DNA of 64,000 nt from Trypanosoma brucei (GCA_000002445.1 CM000207.1:1024001-1088000), one strand, 5' to 3'; positions 20,601-31,295 are shown, counted from the stretch's first letter. Numbers and translations: made by a program. Notes: a model not told the origin generated them from the letters alone.

Positions 20601-23600
20601 GTTGTTGCTGTATTCACTCGTATGGGCAAGTCGGCTCCGCTCGAAAGAACTCGTGCGGCACTTTGTTGGAGTGCTGCTACCGCTGCTTCAGCGGCTTTTG
20701 CAGAATGAAGGGAATTGTACTATCATAAGTACTAGTGTTTCCCCAAGCGAAATTAGGTCAGATGGGCTGGCGGCTGCCGTTGTTGCTGTGCAGTGCCTGA
20801 CAAGCGGCGCACACGAAGAGGTGCTACATGACTGGCCCCACGTATATGAGCTGCTTTCAACGCTTCTCCAAGTGCCTGAACTGACTGCAACGGAGAAGGG
20901 AGAAGGGAATGATGTAAGTACCTTAGCAGATGTGTTGGGCGCAGTTCTCGACAAGTTGCGTCGCTCATTTCATTTCCTGATAAGGGGTGTTTCACTCAAT
21001 AAAGGTTACCGCACACACTGTCCGAAAGGTCCTACCACGCCGGCTAGTGACCGTGTAAAGGAACATGGAACCGCGGAAGGAAATAGTTCCGGGGAAGTGG
21101 TAGAAAGGAGTGCGTTTGTTTTTCTGGACATCTGTGAGGAGTTAACAAAGCGCCTCTCAGTTGGAACTAATGGCGAACGGCTTGTGCGAAACGGAATCAC
21201 ATCCTGCTTGGATAAAGTGATGAACTGTATTTGGGATGTCGGCTATGCTTTATTTGTGTGGCGCACACTTTTCAGTGGGTATCCAAATCAAGTAAACGCC
21301 AAGGTGCTGCAGCAGTTGCAAAGTCGGTACCACAGGGCCTTGTACATGCAAATGTTGCACCTTCCTGTACAGCATACAACTCCGTCCATACTGGAACGCT
21401 GGTTGGTTGTGATGAGTGGCTGTGGCCGAAATGGTGGAACGACAAGGACACATGAAGAGTCGCACGAAAATAGGTTGTGTGCTGCAATAATAAATGACAT
21501 TACAACCCTGGACGCATGGGCAAGTTGCCGTTCGTTGCCACACGAACCGGGTGCGCATGGACGCGAGTCTCGGGGAAGGGAACCATTGCTAATTGTTCCG
21601 ATGGTTCTGAGAGTAATAAATTCAATTACGCAAGCTGCGATGAAGCGGTTCTCACAGTGCAAGTTGTCCCACACGAAAACGTGCTCCAAATCATGGAGTG
21701 GTCTTCTGCAACTCGGTGGTGGCCGAGACGTGCATTCTCTTTTTGAAGATCACCTTCTGGTTACCACCATACAGCAACTACAAACCTTGCAGGAGGCGGG
21801 GTCTGCATTGGTATATATGATGCTCTGTGAAGGGAATACAGAAGTGTTGCAAATGGCGCCACAGATTATGTCGTGGTACTTTTGCCCCCGAAACGTTATG
21901 CATGCAGTTGTGCACAGCATGCATTCCGCTTCCCCAGATGTGCTGAAGCCTCTGTGGAAACCAGAGGTTCTCGTGGCTGCTTTTGAAGCACTGGGTGTGC
22001 AGAGTCGAATGCATGCAGCGGAGGGAATCTCTCCACCACGACTTTGCGTGGGGAGTCAGGCATCCCTCCTTTTGTCCTTGTTAACAAGTTCGTCAGTTGT
22101 CCGTGCAGTGGCGCGCATGGATGAAGAGGTCATAATCGCAGCCTTATTGTCACTTGAGGCTGCGGATCTTGAGCGTAGCGATAATGCGCAGCAGACTGCA
22201 CACCAGCTGCTAGTTGCATTTCCAAAGATACTGGAGAGGCAACTGGTACCAATGCTGCTGAGGGGTCATCTTGGGGAGACACAACTGCACGCACTCGATG
22301 TCATCGTGGAACGCACGGCGTCGGAGGTACGTAAGGGATCCGGCACTTGCAGTCCAGCACTCACTCGGGGTGCAGCCATGTGGATGCTGCTGCGCAGACC
22401 TAGCGAAAACCGTGGGGCACGAGCCGACGGATATGACGGTTTGGTGGAGTCCATAACTATGGAGGAAAGAATATTTTGCAATATAATGATTTTTTGTGGA
22501 TCACAGTTTGAGGTTAACAGCTGTCGAGCGGGTGCTGTGCAGACGCAGCAGCGAAAACGAAAGCAACCGGCACCAAGAGAAATGCGTGCTCGTAATCAGT
22601 TTATCCCTTACGCACTTGAGTGGGAGCAAGCGCTCAAGTTACTCACTGATGCCAACAAGGTTGAGCTATCAGATGTTGTGGACGTAAATGGCGCCTTCCT
22701 TGACGTCATAGAAATGTATGGTGCCTGCGTACCGATGGCATGGAAAGTGGGTTTCGCGAAAGAGCTACTGTCACACGAAGCCGGTTGTGACGATCGTCAC
22801 AAAGGCGAAGTCTTACCTAAAGTCCTTGTCCGCGACGTGGCAAGGGAACTCTTACATTGTCGGTCGTTTGCACCGGGTCAACCCGTTGATGACAGGGAGC
22901 TGTATCGAGTTGGTTTGAAGATATGGTCCTCTCTTTCGACGCGGAGAGGGGCTCTTGTACAATCTCCACCAAGTGGTGTATGGAACTTAGTTTGGAGGAT
23001 TCTGAACGAGATGTTGAGAAACCGTTCGCCTGTGCATGGAAGACCTGCCGGACTTGCTGAGGTGAGTGTGCTCCCGTTCAGTCTTTGCGTGGTCGAGCGT
23101 GCGGTTACGCACATATTGCGCTGCGGTGTCCGCTGGTCATTATTGCCGGGAGAGAGGGAAGACATACCGACGGTGGCTGCCTCGCTATTGCTAATGCTGG
23201 AGCTGATAATCCCATGTCGATCCCTCCGTTTGGCGCTATTTGAGTCGGACAACATCACCCATGAAGAGGGCTCTGATGCCCCCGGTTGTGTCGCTGCCAT
23301 CACTTGTGAGGAAAATTCTACAGGGGAACATGCAGTGTGGTCCACCCTTCTCAGTTTTGAAGTGCTACTGTTAACGTTACCTGGGCTCTTAGATGGCAGC
23401 AGCGGAGCTGTCCCGAGCTGCGCCGCCGCCAAGGGCCAAAATGCTCTCGATGTCGTAACAACTCTGCCCAGGATGTTGCTCTACTTCGCGTGCCGCCATG
23501 TTTCGCACTTAACATCCCTCGGAGAGGATTCTGCTCGGGACCGGAGTGGTGCCGCGCAGGAGGAACTTGGCCGTTTGATAGAGCTCTGTGGCTGGCACAT

Positions 23601-25266
23601 CGCTTCTTTTTCCAGTGCTTTGCTAACTGACAGCATTAAAGGGGAGGCCCCATCCACGGGGAAGCGCTTGGTCCTTGAAACCGCCGTCAAGAACTTCGTT
23701 CGCGCGGCGCTACTTATGGGTACATGGCGGGACATCTATTGGTTAGCATTCCGCATACTTGCCTGCGTGAAAACACTATTTGCGCACGGAGGGCGAGCAT
23801 CAAAGCATCCTCAAATGTGGGGCTGGGTTGTTGGGCTGCTGCCGGCGATGGTCGTTGCCTCTGCGCGAACGAGCAGCAGCATTCAAGTCCAGGTTTCCAC
23901 TCTCATAAAGGAAGTCCCATTGGACCTTTTACGTTTGGTTCCCTACGGCGAGGTCCCTACGGTAAATGGGTTGGATAATGAAGAGGAGGTACGAATACGA
24001 CAGGGTGTTCTTTCTGTCCTCCTTAGGCAGGTGGAACAAAGCATTTGGTTGAAAACGGAGGAAGTGCTGCGGGAGCGCGGACGGTCCCTCGCCTTCGCGG
24101 ACCGCCTCTCAGCCGTCAAACCATTGGTTCAACTGGGTATGCATCTCGAGGTGTGGAAGGGCAATGGCGCACGAGCCAGTAGCTTCCTGGAGACGTTGCT
24201 GTTTTTCCTTTCGGAACGCCAATTTAAACTTTTGTGCGAAGCGTCGCGTGTGGAGAACAGAAGCAAAGCCTTGTCGGTGAGGGCGGTTTCTCCGTCTGAG
24301 CGGTTGCCGCAGAAACCAGAGATGACGTGGGAGGAAGCCCTCACACTCTTACTTCGGTCAAACAGAGCAGAATTCTGCAGTTTCTTGCAGAAATCTTCAT
24401 CTAGCAGTAAATCCACAACACCGAAGCTTCACGACGCGCTGTCTATTTTCAAATCTTCTCATATTTCGTGCTGCACACCATGGTGGGCGGCCATCACATT
24501 GTTTTGCAGGTCCGATGGACCACCCCATGTGATTCATGTGTTTCCTGCATTTTTTTCTGAACGAGTGATCGAGCGGTGTCCGTCTTGGAAGACGGCACTA
24601 CGAGCACTGCAGCATTCGTCATCAACAGTACCACACACCACGCGAGTGCAACAATACCTTGTGTACTTGATACTGCGACGATTGCGCACAGATCCCACAT
24701 GGGCGATAGAGGAAAGTTACACATCCGCTCCAACTAAACTATTGGGTGAGCACCTCTCCTGGCAAACCGCCTGCTGGTGCTACGATCAACTGGCACGGAA
24801 GGGTAAAGGAGCTCCGCCAATACAACAGCGGACGATGACTGAGTTGCTTCGCCACTGCGTGCTAAACCCAGAAGCGACACTGTCCATGTACGAGGTGTAC
24901 TGGGCCCAAGGGTACAATCGAGCAGAAGGTGTGAATTCTTTCCTCTCGCTTCTGCGAGCAGGACGCCGCGGCAACAGCGAAAAGTTGGTGCTACGCGCAA
25001 TGCGAGACTACATCAAACAGTGTGACGAGTGGAACGGCGCACAGTGCAACACACAGCGTCGCAAAATAAAGAGCCCTCCATTTACTGCCGAGGGAAACGC
25101 AACGCTGTGCCGTGCCTTCCTTAGTGTATGCTCTGGTGGAATTGTTTCACAGCAAGCCAGGACAGAGGTGGCGGCAGCATTGAAACAGCGAGGATGTATT
25201 GGCGAAGTGGAGGAGCTTCTCATCGTGTCCGGGTGCAGTGAAGGCGCGCGTCCGAGGGACACGTAA
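17614..25266 (+). CDS. Very large (2550 aa) hypothetical helical-repeat protein; the N-terminal third resembles PPR/TPR-like repeats and the N-terminus is Arg/Ser-rich (possible organellar presequence)
   Basis: ATG at 17614, 7.65-kb uninterrupted ORF. Segments such as WHAAFRLFSEAIQRRGVLPNIAHINVLL and ETYEWLMEAAVRQRDWEAALTYFGDA look like 35-aa helical hairpin repeats. All overlapping antisense ORFs are short. Confidence 0.85.
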   Translation: MKRCRAYFVGEVALTGVGAFQGRWCQPACKSQLQSTQKQGRPDGLTVSLMRLSASQRRTASVAYAHGNEERQLLPTSYKNVAAPRLLHVLLLKCRQKTAKPSILDVEAVPEVSMLAGAQRDADESGGKWHAAFRLFSEAIQRRGVLPNIAHINVLLGITVRERRWPQKAEVEKFVERFLEAAECMGDERKEYLAEQLQTGAKGNECTVDDVSIQQLITAMRPTAETYEWLMEAAVRQRDWEAALTYFGDARAACLPISDLSLRLSLRAYRIAGVHSIFKTTKRDRRAVQMMSLRTDQRGPALRSSAAPASLRGVANAVRVESEDVRYVWQAALSLFESYKHRVHEGQTIGLFMTMMTEAGQYQQVIRTHSECHRTLIVDEDVLLTVSRAARELGDWVLSLRLLEESSAKASGLPQSILENTVHTLRRTGHYREILLLHAQLPPIFWSAGAYVVLAQAAVVQRELPLLLSLLTDEEDRYEDAQMPHDVDTAAHTSLQRNLSFNVTTAASMCTGRQKQTPLEMFDVALRAIQVELIHRRCKRAGDSSTSTGSGSIGTGSGNCQAGSVTPRYDSVASLASLSVAIYEKFLHVSTRQLKKWERDNWPSGSTLTIYAPLLKLLAVPLCENHTVVSTNKNVRGSPCAPWEVALAHVALIRRPDAPLICLAAHLLQRYQQWEAAFKLLSHVEHNDELAQSAAFKLRCALQLGPSRASASVEPSSYRCTIISATSVRYAVLSAAAHRPAAALHLVQYALAHSWIDSGMALQLLQHIQRNMKEPVQRRTGGRQATASNSHIGMIGGETDSYTLSCDAIVFFKEFVSLWSQQSCVVAPLAPLFNEILIFLQRGPHTDPSISSFTALCGSIANVLRRLSTEWKVEQHADVELALVAAVHATVHHVGASTLSRRALWSECLCLVQLFHSPLIRRTYTVGVLEVNEATFRVLRTFISNCNRSEEAFVEGIAFQWLLPGKVLELPQLEEIFRAPGGLTSAANASVWWSLGLLLYSLVWASRLRSKELVRHFVGVLLPLLQRLLQNEGNCTIISTSVSPSEIRSDGLAAAVVAVQCLTSGAHEEVLHDWPHVYELLSTLLQVPELTATEKGEGNDVSTLADVLGAVLDKLRRSFHFLIRGVSLNKGYRTHCPKGPTTPASDRVKEHGTAEGNSSGEVVERSAFVFLDICEELTKRLSVGTNGERLVRNGITSCLDKVMNCIWDVGYALFVWRTLFSGYPNQVNAKVLQQLQSRYHRALYMQMLHLPVQHTTPSILERWLVVMSGCGRNGGTTRTHEESHENRLCAAIINDITTLDAWASCRSLPHEPGAHGRESRGREPLLIVPMVLRVINSITQAAMKRFSQCKLSHTKTCSKSWSGLLQLGGGRDVHSLFEDHLLVTTIQQLQTLQEAGSALVYMMLCEGNTEVLQMAPQIMSWYFCPRNVMHAVVHSMHSASPDVLKPLWKPEVLVAAFEALGVQSRMHAAEGISPPRLCVGSQASLLLSLLTSSSVVRAVARMDEEVIIAALLSLEAADLERSDNAQQTAHQLLVAFPKILERQLVPMLLRGHLGETQLHALDVIVERTASEVRKGSGTCSPALTRGAAMWMLLRRPSENRGARADGYDGLVESITMEERIFCNIMIFCGSQFEVNSCRAGAVQTQQRKRKQPAPREMRARNQFIPYALEWEQALKLLTDANKVELSDVVDVNGAFLDVIEMYGACVPMAWKVGFAKELLSHEAGCDDRHKGEVLPKVLVRDVARELLHCRSFAPGQPVDDRELYRVGLKIWSSLSTRRGALVQSPPSGVWNLVWRILNEMLRNRSPVHGRPAGLAEVSVLPFSLCVVERAVTHILRCGVRWSLLPGEREDIPTVAASLLLMLELIIPCRSLRLALFESDNITHEEGSDAPGCVAAITCEENSTGEHAVWSTLLSFEVLLLTLPGLLDGSSGAVPSCAAAKGQNALDVVTTLPRMLLYFACRHVSHLTSLGEDSARDRSGAAQEELGRLIELCGWHIASFSSALLTDSIKGEAPSTGKRLVLETAVKNFVRAALLMGTWRDIYWLAFRILACVKTLFAHGGRASKHPQMWGWVVGLLPAMVVASARTSSSIQVQVSTLIKEVPLDLLRLVPYGEVPTVNGLDNEEEVRIRQGVLSVLLRQVEQSIWLKTEEVLRERGRSLAFADRLSAVKPLVQLGMHLEVWKGNGARASSFLETLLFFLSERQFKLLCEASRVENRSKALSVRAVSPSERLPQKPEMTWEEALTLLLRSNRAEFCSFLQKSSSSSKSTTPKLHDALSIFKSSHISCCTPWWAAITLFCRSDGPPHVIHVFPAFFSERVIERCPSWKTALRALQHSSSTVPHTTRVQQYLVYLILRRLRTDPTWAIEESYTSAPTKLLGEHLSWQTACWCYDQLARKGKGAPPIQQRTMTELLRHCVLNPEATLSMYEVYWAQGYNRAEGVNSFLSLLRAGRRGNSEKLVLRAMRDYIKQCDEWNGAQCNTQRRKIKSPPFTAEGNATLCRAFLSVCSGGIVSQQARTEVAAALKQRGCIGEVEELLIVSGCSEGARPRDT

Positions 25267-28254
25267 GGAGGGAAGTCAGCCTTTCCCCCTTCAGTGGGCG
25301 ATTTGTTCATTACTCGAATGGCATGAAGGTGTTGTCGCTCAAGGAAGGTGTGGGGAAGCAGGCATTATGCCCCACTCCTTGCATGTGCCCTATTTTTTTT
25401 TGTGTGTGTGTTTACACTCTCTTGATACCCATTATGTTTTATCCTCTGTTGTTTCGTCATTGTGTCGAAACCTTGCCGCTTCATCACATTCGTCTCTTGT
25501 ACCCAAATATCCGATTTCCCCTTTTCTTTGCACCCCTTTCGCCCGTAGTTTATCGGTGTTCACTTTCTGCCGTGTCGTCAATTCTCTACTTCTCATCATC
25601 GGTCCCTTTACGCGGCCGGAGTTTGTTTGCATGGCAGACAGTTCCGACACCCGATTGTCACTAGCGAGGACTACGGAGTACCTCATTTTTAGCCACCAAA
25701 GAAAATCTTGCGGAAAACAGTCGCAGGGTTCCGTCTTTCCCTAGTAGAATCTTAGGAACACCGGAGGTCATCCACCATCATAACTAGTGCCATCGCCGAC
25801 AACGCACTGAAAGAAAAATGAAAGAAGTGCGCATTAACGGTAAGTGGTTACATGGTGGAAGGTCCCTCCTCGTCGATATAAACTCATAAATACACCCCTT
25901 TTCCCGTTTACGCCTCAGCGATCGAGCACATAAGCCTGTGTTTCCTGCTGTTTGCGCGAAGAACATATGTGATAGTGCTGTTATGTTTTGCTAGTCCCTC
26001 TCCTTCCTTCAACACTCAAAAAAGAAAAAAAAAACTTCACCGATGTGGCATACGTAACGGTAGGGGGTGACCAATCCTGTTGGTTTTGCAGGCCGTGTGA
26101 GTCATATCACTATGCACTGTCGAGAAGCATGTGCACGACAAGTTGGGGCATTGCATCCATGAAGTATGCATCACCCTCAACTTGCTGCAACTGGAAGGGA
26201 AAATCATGGTGTCCCCGTTTTTCCGTCGTCTCACATGCTTACATCCCTTCAGCAGGAACTCAAGGAGGGGAAAACGGCAATCAGCCACTGGAAGCGTGTA
26301 CGTCAGGGGCCCCTGTTTCTTCCGGGTACCACATCTGTACGTGTTGTGCCACTAATTAAGCGTCACTTAGCAATGAGGGGGAGGGGAAAGCCATCATCTG
26401 TAGTTGTTCCTTTTGGTTTCTGGTTTTATTGCTGGGGGAGGGAATATAAGGCAATGGGTAAGAAGCTATGTGCGTTCACCTTGTTTTTTTTCTTGGGTGT
26501 GTGTGGGGGAGGGAGGGAGTTTATCGCCGCACCGTGGGCGACGCACAGGATAGGTGAGGGAGCACACGCTTTTCCTACTGAATCGCATGTATTGTATTGG
26601 CTGCATGGTATACAAGAACGCATTAAGGGATTCTCGCAACTCGTTGTGACGAAGGTAAGAAATACCGTAAGGATTGTTTCCTAATGCTTTGATAGCTGGG
26701 TCAGCGGGGTCCTCTGGCTTAGCTTCAGCTAAGGGTTGTTTGTTGTTTACTGCTTGGTGGAATTGGGAGTGCCCCGCGCTCGGAATTGTGCCCAGAGTGG
26801 GATGAGCGTGCGCGAAGCAGAAATGGGGTTTGTGATTTAATCTCAGCTGATTATAATGTGCTGAACCATCCGACGAGTTGGGTGGGAAGGTGAGTAGAAG
26901 CACATTCCCGTCTGAATGATTCTTACCGTGTTGGGGGTTTTGTGTGGCTTAAATTGCTGCTTGAGAGGTGGCAAGAAAAGAACTCTCTGACAGGTGCCAC
27001 CCTCATCTCACACTTCTTCCGTATGGGGAAGGAAGTGGGTTGGAGGTGTATGCCTTTCAATCGCACCACAGGTGGGAAATTTGTAATCCGAGACGGGTTC
27101 CTTCCCCCATGTCGCTGAGGTGACACATGACGTGGTGTAGACATAGACACTTCTCTGAGTGTTCCCCCTCCCCCTTGGAACTAAAAGATGGAGATGGGAG
27201 GGTTAGGTCGACGTAAGCATCCAGTGATCAAACACCCGCCATTCGTGGTCTTAAGCGCTTTCCAGAGCGGCCCAAACTGGTGGGAAGTAAAAAGTTTCGT
27301 GAAATGCGCAGTTGCGACTAATCAACACATTGAATGAGGGGGAATGGTGGGCGCACTGGTTTGCATGCCTTCACCCCGTTGTGTGTGTGGGTTTGTGGGT
27401 TACAGTTGCCGTTGGGTGTTTTTCCTGACTGCGGGGGGTAACCGTATGTGTCTGGAGTTTGAAACTGACTCGTTCCGTGGCGATTATCACTGCCCTGCAT
27501 TCCGTGGATCATCCGATTCGACGGTGCCAAAAAATCCAATGCGGTGGGGTTTGTTGCGCTGCGAACGATGTCGAACGGGGGAAGATGGAGCGCGGGGAAG
27601 GCTAGAAGGCCAGCAATTGGTTTTCCCTACTATGATGCGAGCGGTCGCTATTAGTTCCTATTTTTCGCCATGGTGGTAGCGTGGCCTGCTGTGATGAAGT
27701 GTGAATGCGGCGGTATGCTGGGTTAGGGGGAGAGTTACTGCCTGAAACAGGTCCTTGTCCGATAGTGGTTACGGCAGTCGCATGGGGATCGACTGTACAG
27801 TAGCCGGATCAGTGACGGAATTTCAACTGCAATGTGAAATCTCCAATTAATCTTAATTCGGTTTAAAGCCCCCATTTTCCACCGCCTATGTCGTTGGAAG
27901 GATTCTTCTAACACTGGACAGGGCCGATAGCTGGGTTTGGCCATGTTGCCTGTAGAAATCAGTAGGAAGTTTTCCTTAAGAATGATGGGCGCTCACCGTT
28001 ACAACTTTCTGGCACCGTATCATTTCACTCTACCGCACAGTATGCAGATAAAATTCGTGTTGTAGTGTCTCGAAAGACACTCTTTGTTTGCGCCGAGCAC
28101 TCCCCACATCCGGGAACGCGATTTTACTTTTTCATCTTCGCTTGTCTTTTGTTGTCTTCTTATAAAATGAACTCTTGAACGCTGTGGGTGCAGCATGTTT
28201 GTCCGTACCGCCGTTCACGACGAGCATTAGCCTAATTACAGTTACCCCTATCCC

Positions 28255-30042
28255 ATGTGGCGGCGCTCTCGGTTTCTCCGTGGTTCTACAAACCGTTACA
28301 CCGATGGGTCGGGGCGGCGTCTCGACTCGTCCAACATTCCCAGTGATTTGGACCTACAACCGATAAGCAACCGCGCGTATCCCGTACGAGGGGAACACTG
28401 GCAGCCCGTGTTGGTAGGAGAGCCGTCTCCCCACAAGGGGAACGTCATTGTGTCCGGTGCTGGTACCGTTGGCATGGCAACTGCGGCTATTTTCGCACTG
28501 CGTGGATGGCACGCTACAGTTGTGGAACGGCAACCTTCCGTCTTACGGATGCAAAGTGCTACAAGCGAGGGGGGTGAGATCCTTTCATCATACTATGGCA
28601 GCCTATCGGCTGGGCTGCAGCACGCACTCATTACACGACGTGCAGCCGATGCGCTGCAGGCTGCCGGATTACGGGTTAGCGCCTTCAGACACTGTGGTGT
28701 GCCTGTTACGGGCGTGCTAGATCACCCTGGGGCATACAACAGCTGGTTCACCAGGGGCCTTGTTGAGCATCACCCGTTCGCGGTTAAGATGCTTTCTGTA
28801 AACTTACTAGCGCTACGGCAGGTACTGGAGAAGCACTTGCACAACCTTCCTACTGGAAATTGCCGTGTGTTTCACCAACACGTGGTGGAGGCGGTGAACC
28901 CACTGAAACAGCAGCTTGTTGTGAAACCTATAAGTGATAGCAACAAGCCCCTAGAGGGAGCGCGGAGCGCGGTCCACAACGGAGACGACAACCCTTTTAG
29001 CAGTAATGAAGTCGATAAGCATGGCATGCAACAAGGCACCCACATGGAAACCAGTCTTACACTTCATCGTGTAAAGTGGGAGAAGAAATATGCAAACGAT
29101 GCTGTGGATTACGATCTACTTGTGTGTGCTGAGGGTGTCAATTCCCGTCTGCGAGATCTTGTTGACGTGGAGGGGTTCGCAGCCGACGTGGACTTCGGCG
29201 TACGATGGTTGGTTCTCAGAAGCAGGCACCTGAGTTCTGAGCATATTCACCGTTGGTTACACCGGCGGAAAGGCCCAGCACCGCTGCACGAAGTTTGCTC
29301 GCCCCATCAAGTACCTCTTGCCATAGCTTTCCCACGGATTCCACAGAACAAAGAGGCACCACCGACTGCCCGTGCTGGTGATTCAGAAGCTGATGTTGAG
29401 GCAACAAAAAGTTTTGCGCTCATGTTGTACGCCCCCATGGATGACCTGCAGCGGCTTTCGGACCATGAGGCTCTACGAACGTTCTGCCCTGATATTGTGC
29501 AGGCAGACGGGTCTTGTAACGCTACTTCTTATGCCAAGAACGTGGTGCCATTTCCCACCATACATTGTGAAAACTTGTATAATGCTGTTGGGCTCCCCTC
29601 CGCAGTGGTGGTCGGGGACGCAGCACATACATGCAACCCGTTCTGGCTTCAGGGTCTCGCAATGGGCCTCGAGGACGGTGTAAATTTGCTTAACCAAGTG
29701 GACGCCTATTCCAAACACTTTTACGATGCCATCAAGCAGTACAGCCAAGAGCGCGGTTGCAGCGGCGATGCTCTACGGTTGATTACAGACCGTTGCTTGT
29801 ACTACGAACGCACAAAGCATATCAATCCGTTGGTGCGTTTCCAGGACAGCTACAGGCGCGCCATGAATATAATACTTCCAAAAATAATGAATGAGTATTA
29901 CACCGGCGCCTCTGTCAATCAACTTTACTCCAAGAGCCTGGAATCAATGCTAAACGGCAGGGGCTATGCTTCGTACGAGTTTGCTGAGAAGCAACAATCC
30001 AAACACAGCGCGTTCCATCACATTGGCAGGGTATATACGTAG
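28255..30042 (+). CDS. FAD-dependent aromatic-ring monooxygenase (PHBH fold; COQ6/UbiH/KMO-like)
   Basis: ATG at 28255. Dinucleotide-binding motif VIVSGAGTVGMATAAIFALRGWHATVVER near the N-terminus after a basic leader. GDAAHTCNPFWLQGLAMGLEDG matches the GDAAH...P..GQG...ED FAD/substrate motif. Confidence 0.85.
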   Translation: MWRRSRFLRGSTNRYTDGSGRRLDSSNIPSDLDLQPISNRAYPVRGEHWQPVLVGEPSPHKGNVIVSGAGTVGMATAAIFALRGWHATVVERQPSVLRMQSATSEGGEILSSYYGSLSAGLQHALITRRAADALQAAGLRVSAFRHCGVPVTGVLDHPGAYNSWFTRGLVEHHPFAVKMLSVNLLALRQVLEKHLHNLPTGNCRVFHQHVVEAVNPLKQQLVVKPISDSNKPLEGARSAVHNGDDNPFSSNEVDKHGMQQGTHMETSLTLHRVKWEKKYANDAVDYDLLVCAEGVNSRLRDLVDVEGFAADVDFGVRWLVLRSRHLSSEHIHRWLHRRKGPAPLHEVCSPHQVPLAIAFPRIPQNKEAPPTARAGDSEADVEATKSFALMLYAPMDDLQRLSDHEALRTFCPDIVQADGSCNATSYAKNVVPFPTIHCENLYNAVGLPSAVVVGDAAHTCNPFWLQGLAMGLEDGVNLLNQVDAYSKHFYDAIKQYSQERGCSGDALRLITDRCLYYERTKHINPLVRFQDSYRRAMNIILPKIMNEYYTGASVNQLYSKSLESMLNGRGYASYEFAEKQQSKHSAFHHIGRVYT

Positions 30043-30278
30043 GTTCAATAGGCAAACACGCAAGTGCACCCGCAGCAATCGATAAAAGAGTTTTCGGTTC
30101 CCCACCGAAACAGCGGTGTTTTGCACCGTGGTTTCAGAGGCAAAGAATATTTGTGATCTCGCAACCGATTCTCCCTTTTTTTATTAATTCCGTTAGTCCC
30201 TACGCGTGCATTCATTCAGACCTAAAGGCACAAGTCTACAACAGTCGGCAAAAAGGAAGAATCGGCGACGGCAGCATT

Positions 30279-31295
30279 ATGCTGGCTGATGGATTTCGCT
30301 TCGCGTTTTCCGGTGACGTGGAGGAATCAATTCAGACCACGTCGGCAACACACACCCTTCCTTCTCAAGGGGTGTCAAAATCCGAGAAACGGATACCTCT
30401 GTTAGAGGCGCCAGTGCACAACCTTACCCGACGGTTGCTCGACGAGTGGTGTGAACCCTGCCGTCAGGACGCGCAGGAGCTGGTGGAGTTGCACTGCAGT
30501 GAGTCAACCACTGCCCCACAACTTACACACCAGCGCCCACCACGTGCAACGGAGTTGACGTCATTCGACGGGAAAGAACATCGGGATATCATCCCCGGCA
30601 AATACTACGGAGGGCTGAAAATTTGGTCCTGTGCACCCTATCTTGTGGAGTATATGTTCAACAACAGAAGCACATTCAAAGATTTCCTTCTTGGTGCCGC
30701 AGAACCGCTGGATTCCGAACGTGTGCCGAACGCTGGCGGCGGCTGTCGCCATACAATAGTTGTAGAGCTTGGTTGTGGTCAAGGTCTGCCGGGCATCGCA
30801 GCCCTTTTACTTGGTGCACACCACGTGATTTTTCAGGATTACAATGAGGAGGTGCTGCAGCTCTGCGTGAAGCCTAATGTGGGAATGAATTTGCTGCGCC
30901 ATATCGACACAGCAGGCGTATGTCGCGCTTGCGAATCTTGCTCTCCTGTCGTCCAGTTGGTGGCAGGTGACTGGGACGATATGTGTTGGCGGGACCATAC
31001 TACCGGTGAAGGCGTGGTTGTTACCGACGATCGCCGGATACTTGTCCTTGGAAGTGATGTGACCTTTGATGAGGAGGCGTGCTACAAACTCGCGCGGCTT
31101 CTGCGACGCATGTTGTCCACATCGGGTGGGGCTGCGTACATTGCGAGCAAACAGTATTACTTCGGAACTAACGGCGGCGTTGTCGAATTCAAGCGGTGTT
31201 GCGCCGAGGTTGAGCTGCAAGTGTTGGAAGTGGACTCAGCGGGAACAGGAGGGGGATTGCAGCGTGTCATTTTACGAGTCGAATGCAAAAGGTAA
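30279..31295 (+). CDS. Class I SAM-dependent methyltransferase, Methyltransf_16 family (putative protein-lysine methyltransferase, METTL21/FAM86-like)
   Basis: The ORF track starts at a GTG (30153); the first ATG is at 30279, after a polyY + 'cattcag'. VVELGCGQGLPGIAALLLGAHHVIFQDYNEEVL matches family-16 motif I / post-I. Confidence 0.8.
   Translation: MLADGFRFAFSGDVEESIQTTSATHTLPSQGVSKSEKRIPLLEAPVHNLTRRLLDEWCEPCRQDAQELVELHCSESTTAPQLTHQRPPRATELTSFDGKEHRDIIPGKYYGGLKIWSCAPYLVEYMFNNRSTFKDFLLGAAEPLDSERVPNAGGGCRHTIVVELGCGQGLPGIAALLLGAHHVIFQDYNEEVLQLCVKPNVGMNLLRHIDTAGVCRACESCSPVVQLVAGDWDDMCWRDHTTGEGVVVTDDRRILVLGSDVTFDEEACYKLARLLRRMLSTSGGAAYIASKQYYFGTNGGVVEFKRCCAEVELQVLEVDSAGTGGGLQRVILRVECKR

Noticed and set aside
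22878-23432. 184-aa minus-strand ORF
   Set aside because: Lies inside the 7.65-kb + strand ORF. An antisense frame by chance in a long GC-balanced gene.
26166-26903. ORFs 26166-26684(+) and 26466-26903(-) in the purine-rich spacer
   Set aside because: Overlapping opposite-strand ORFs in G-run-rich sequence. Gly/Arg-rich translations with no domain. Cannot be supported as genes from sequence alone.
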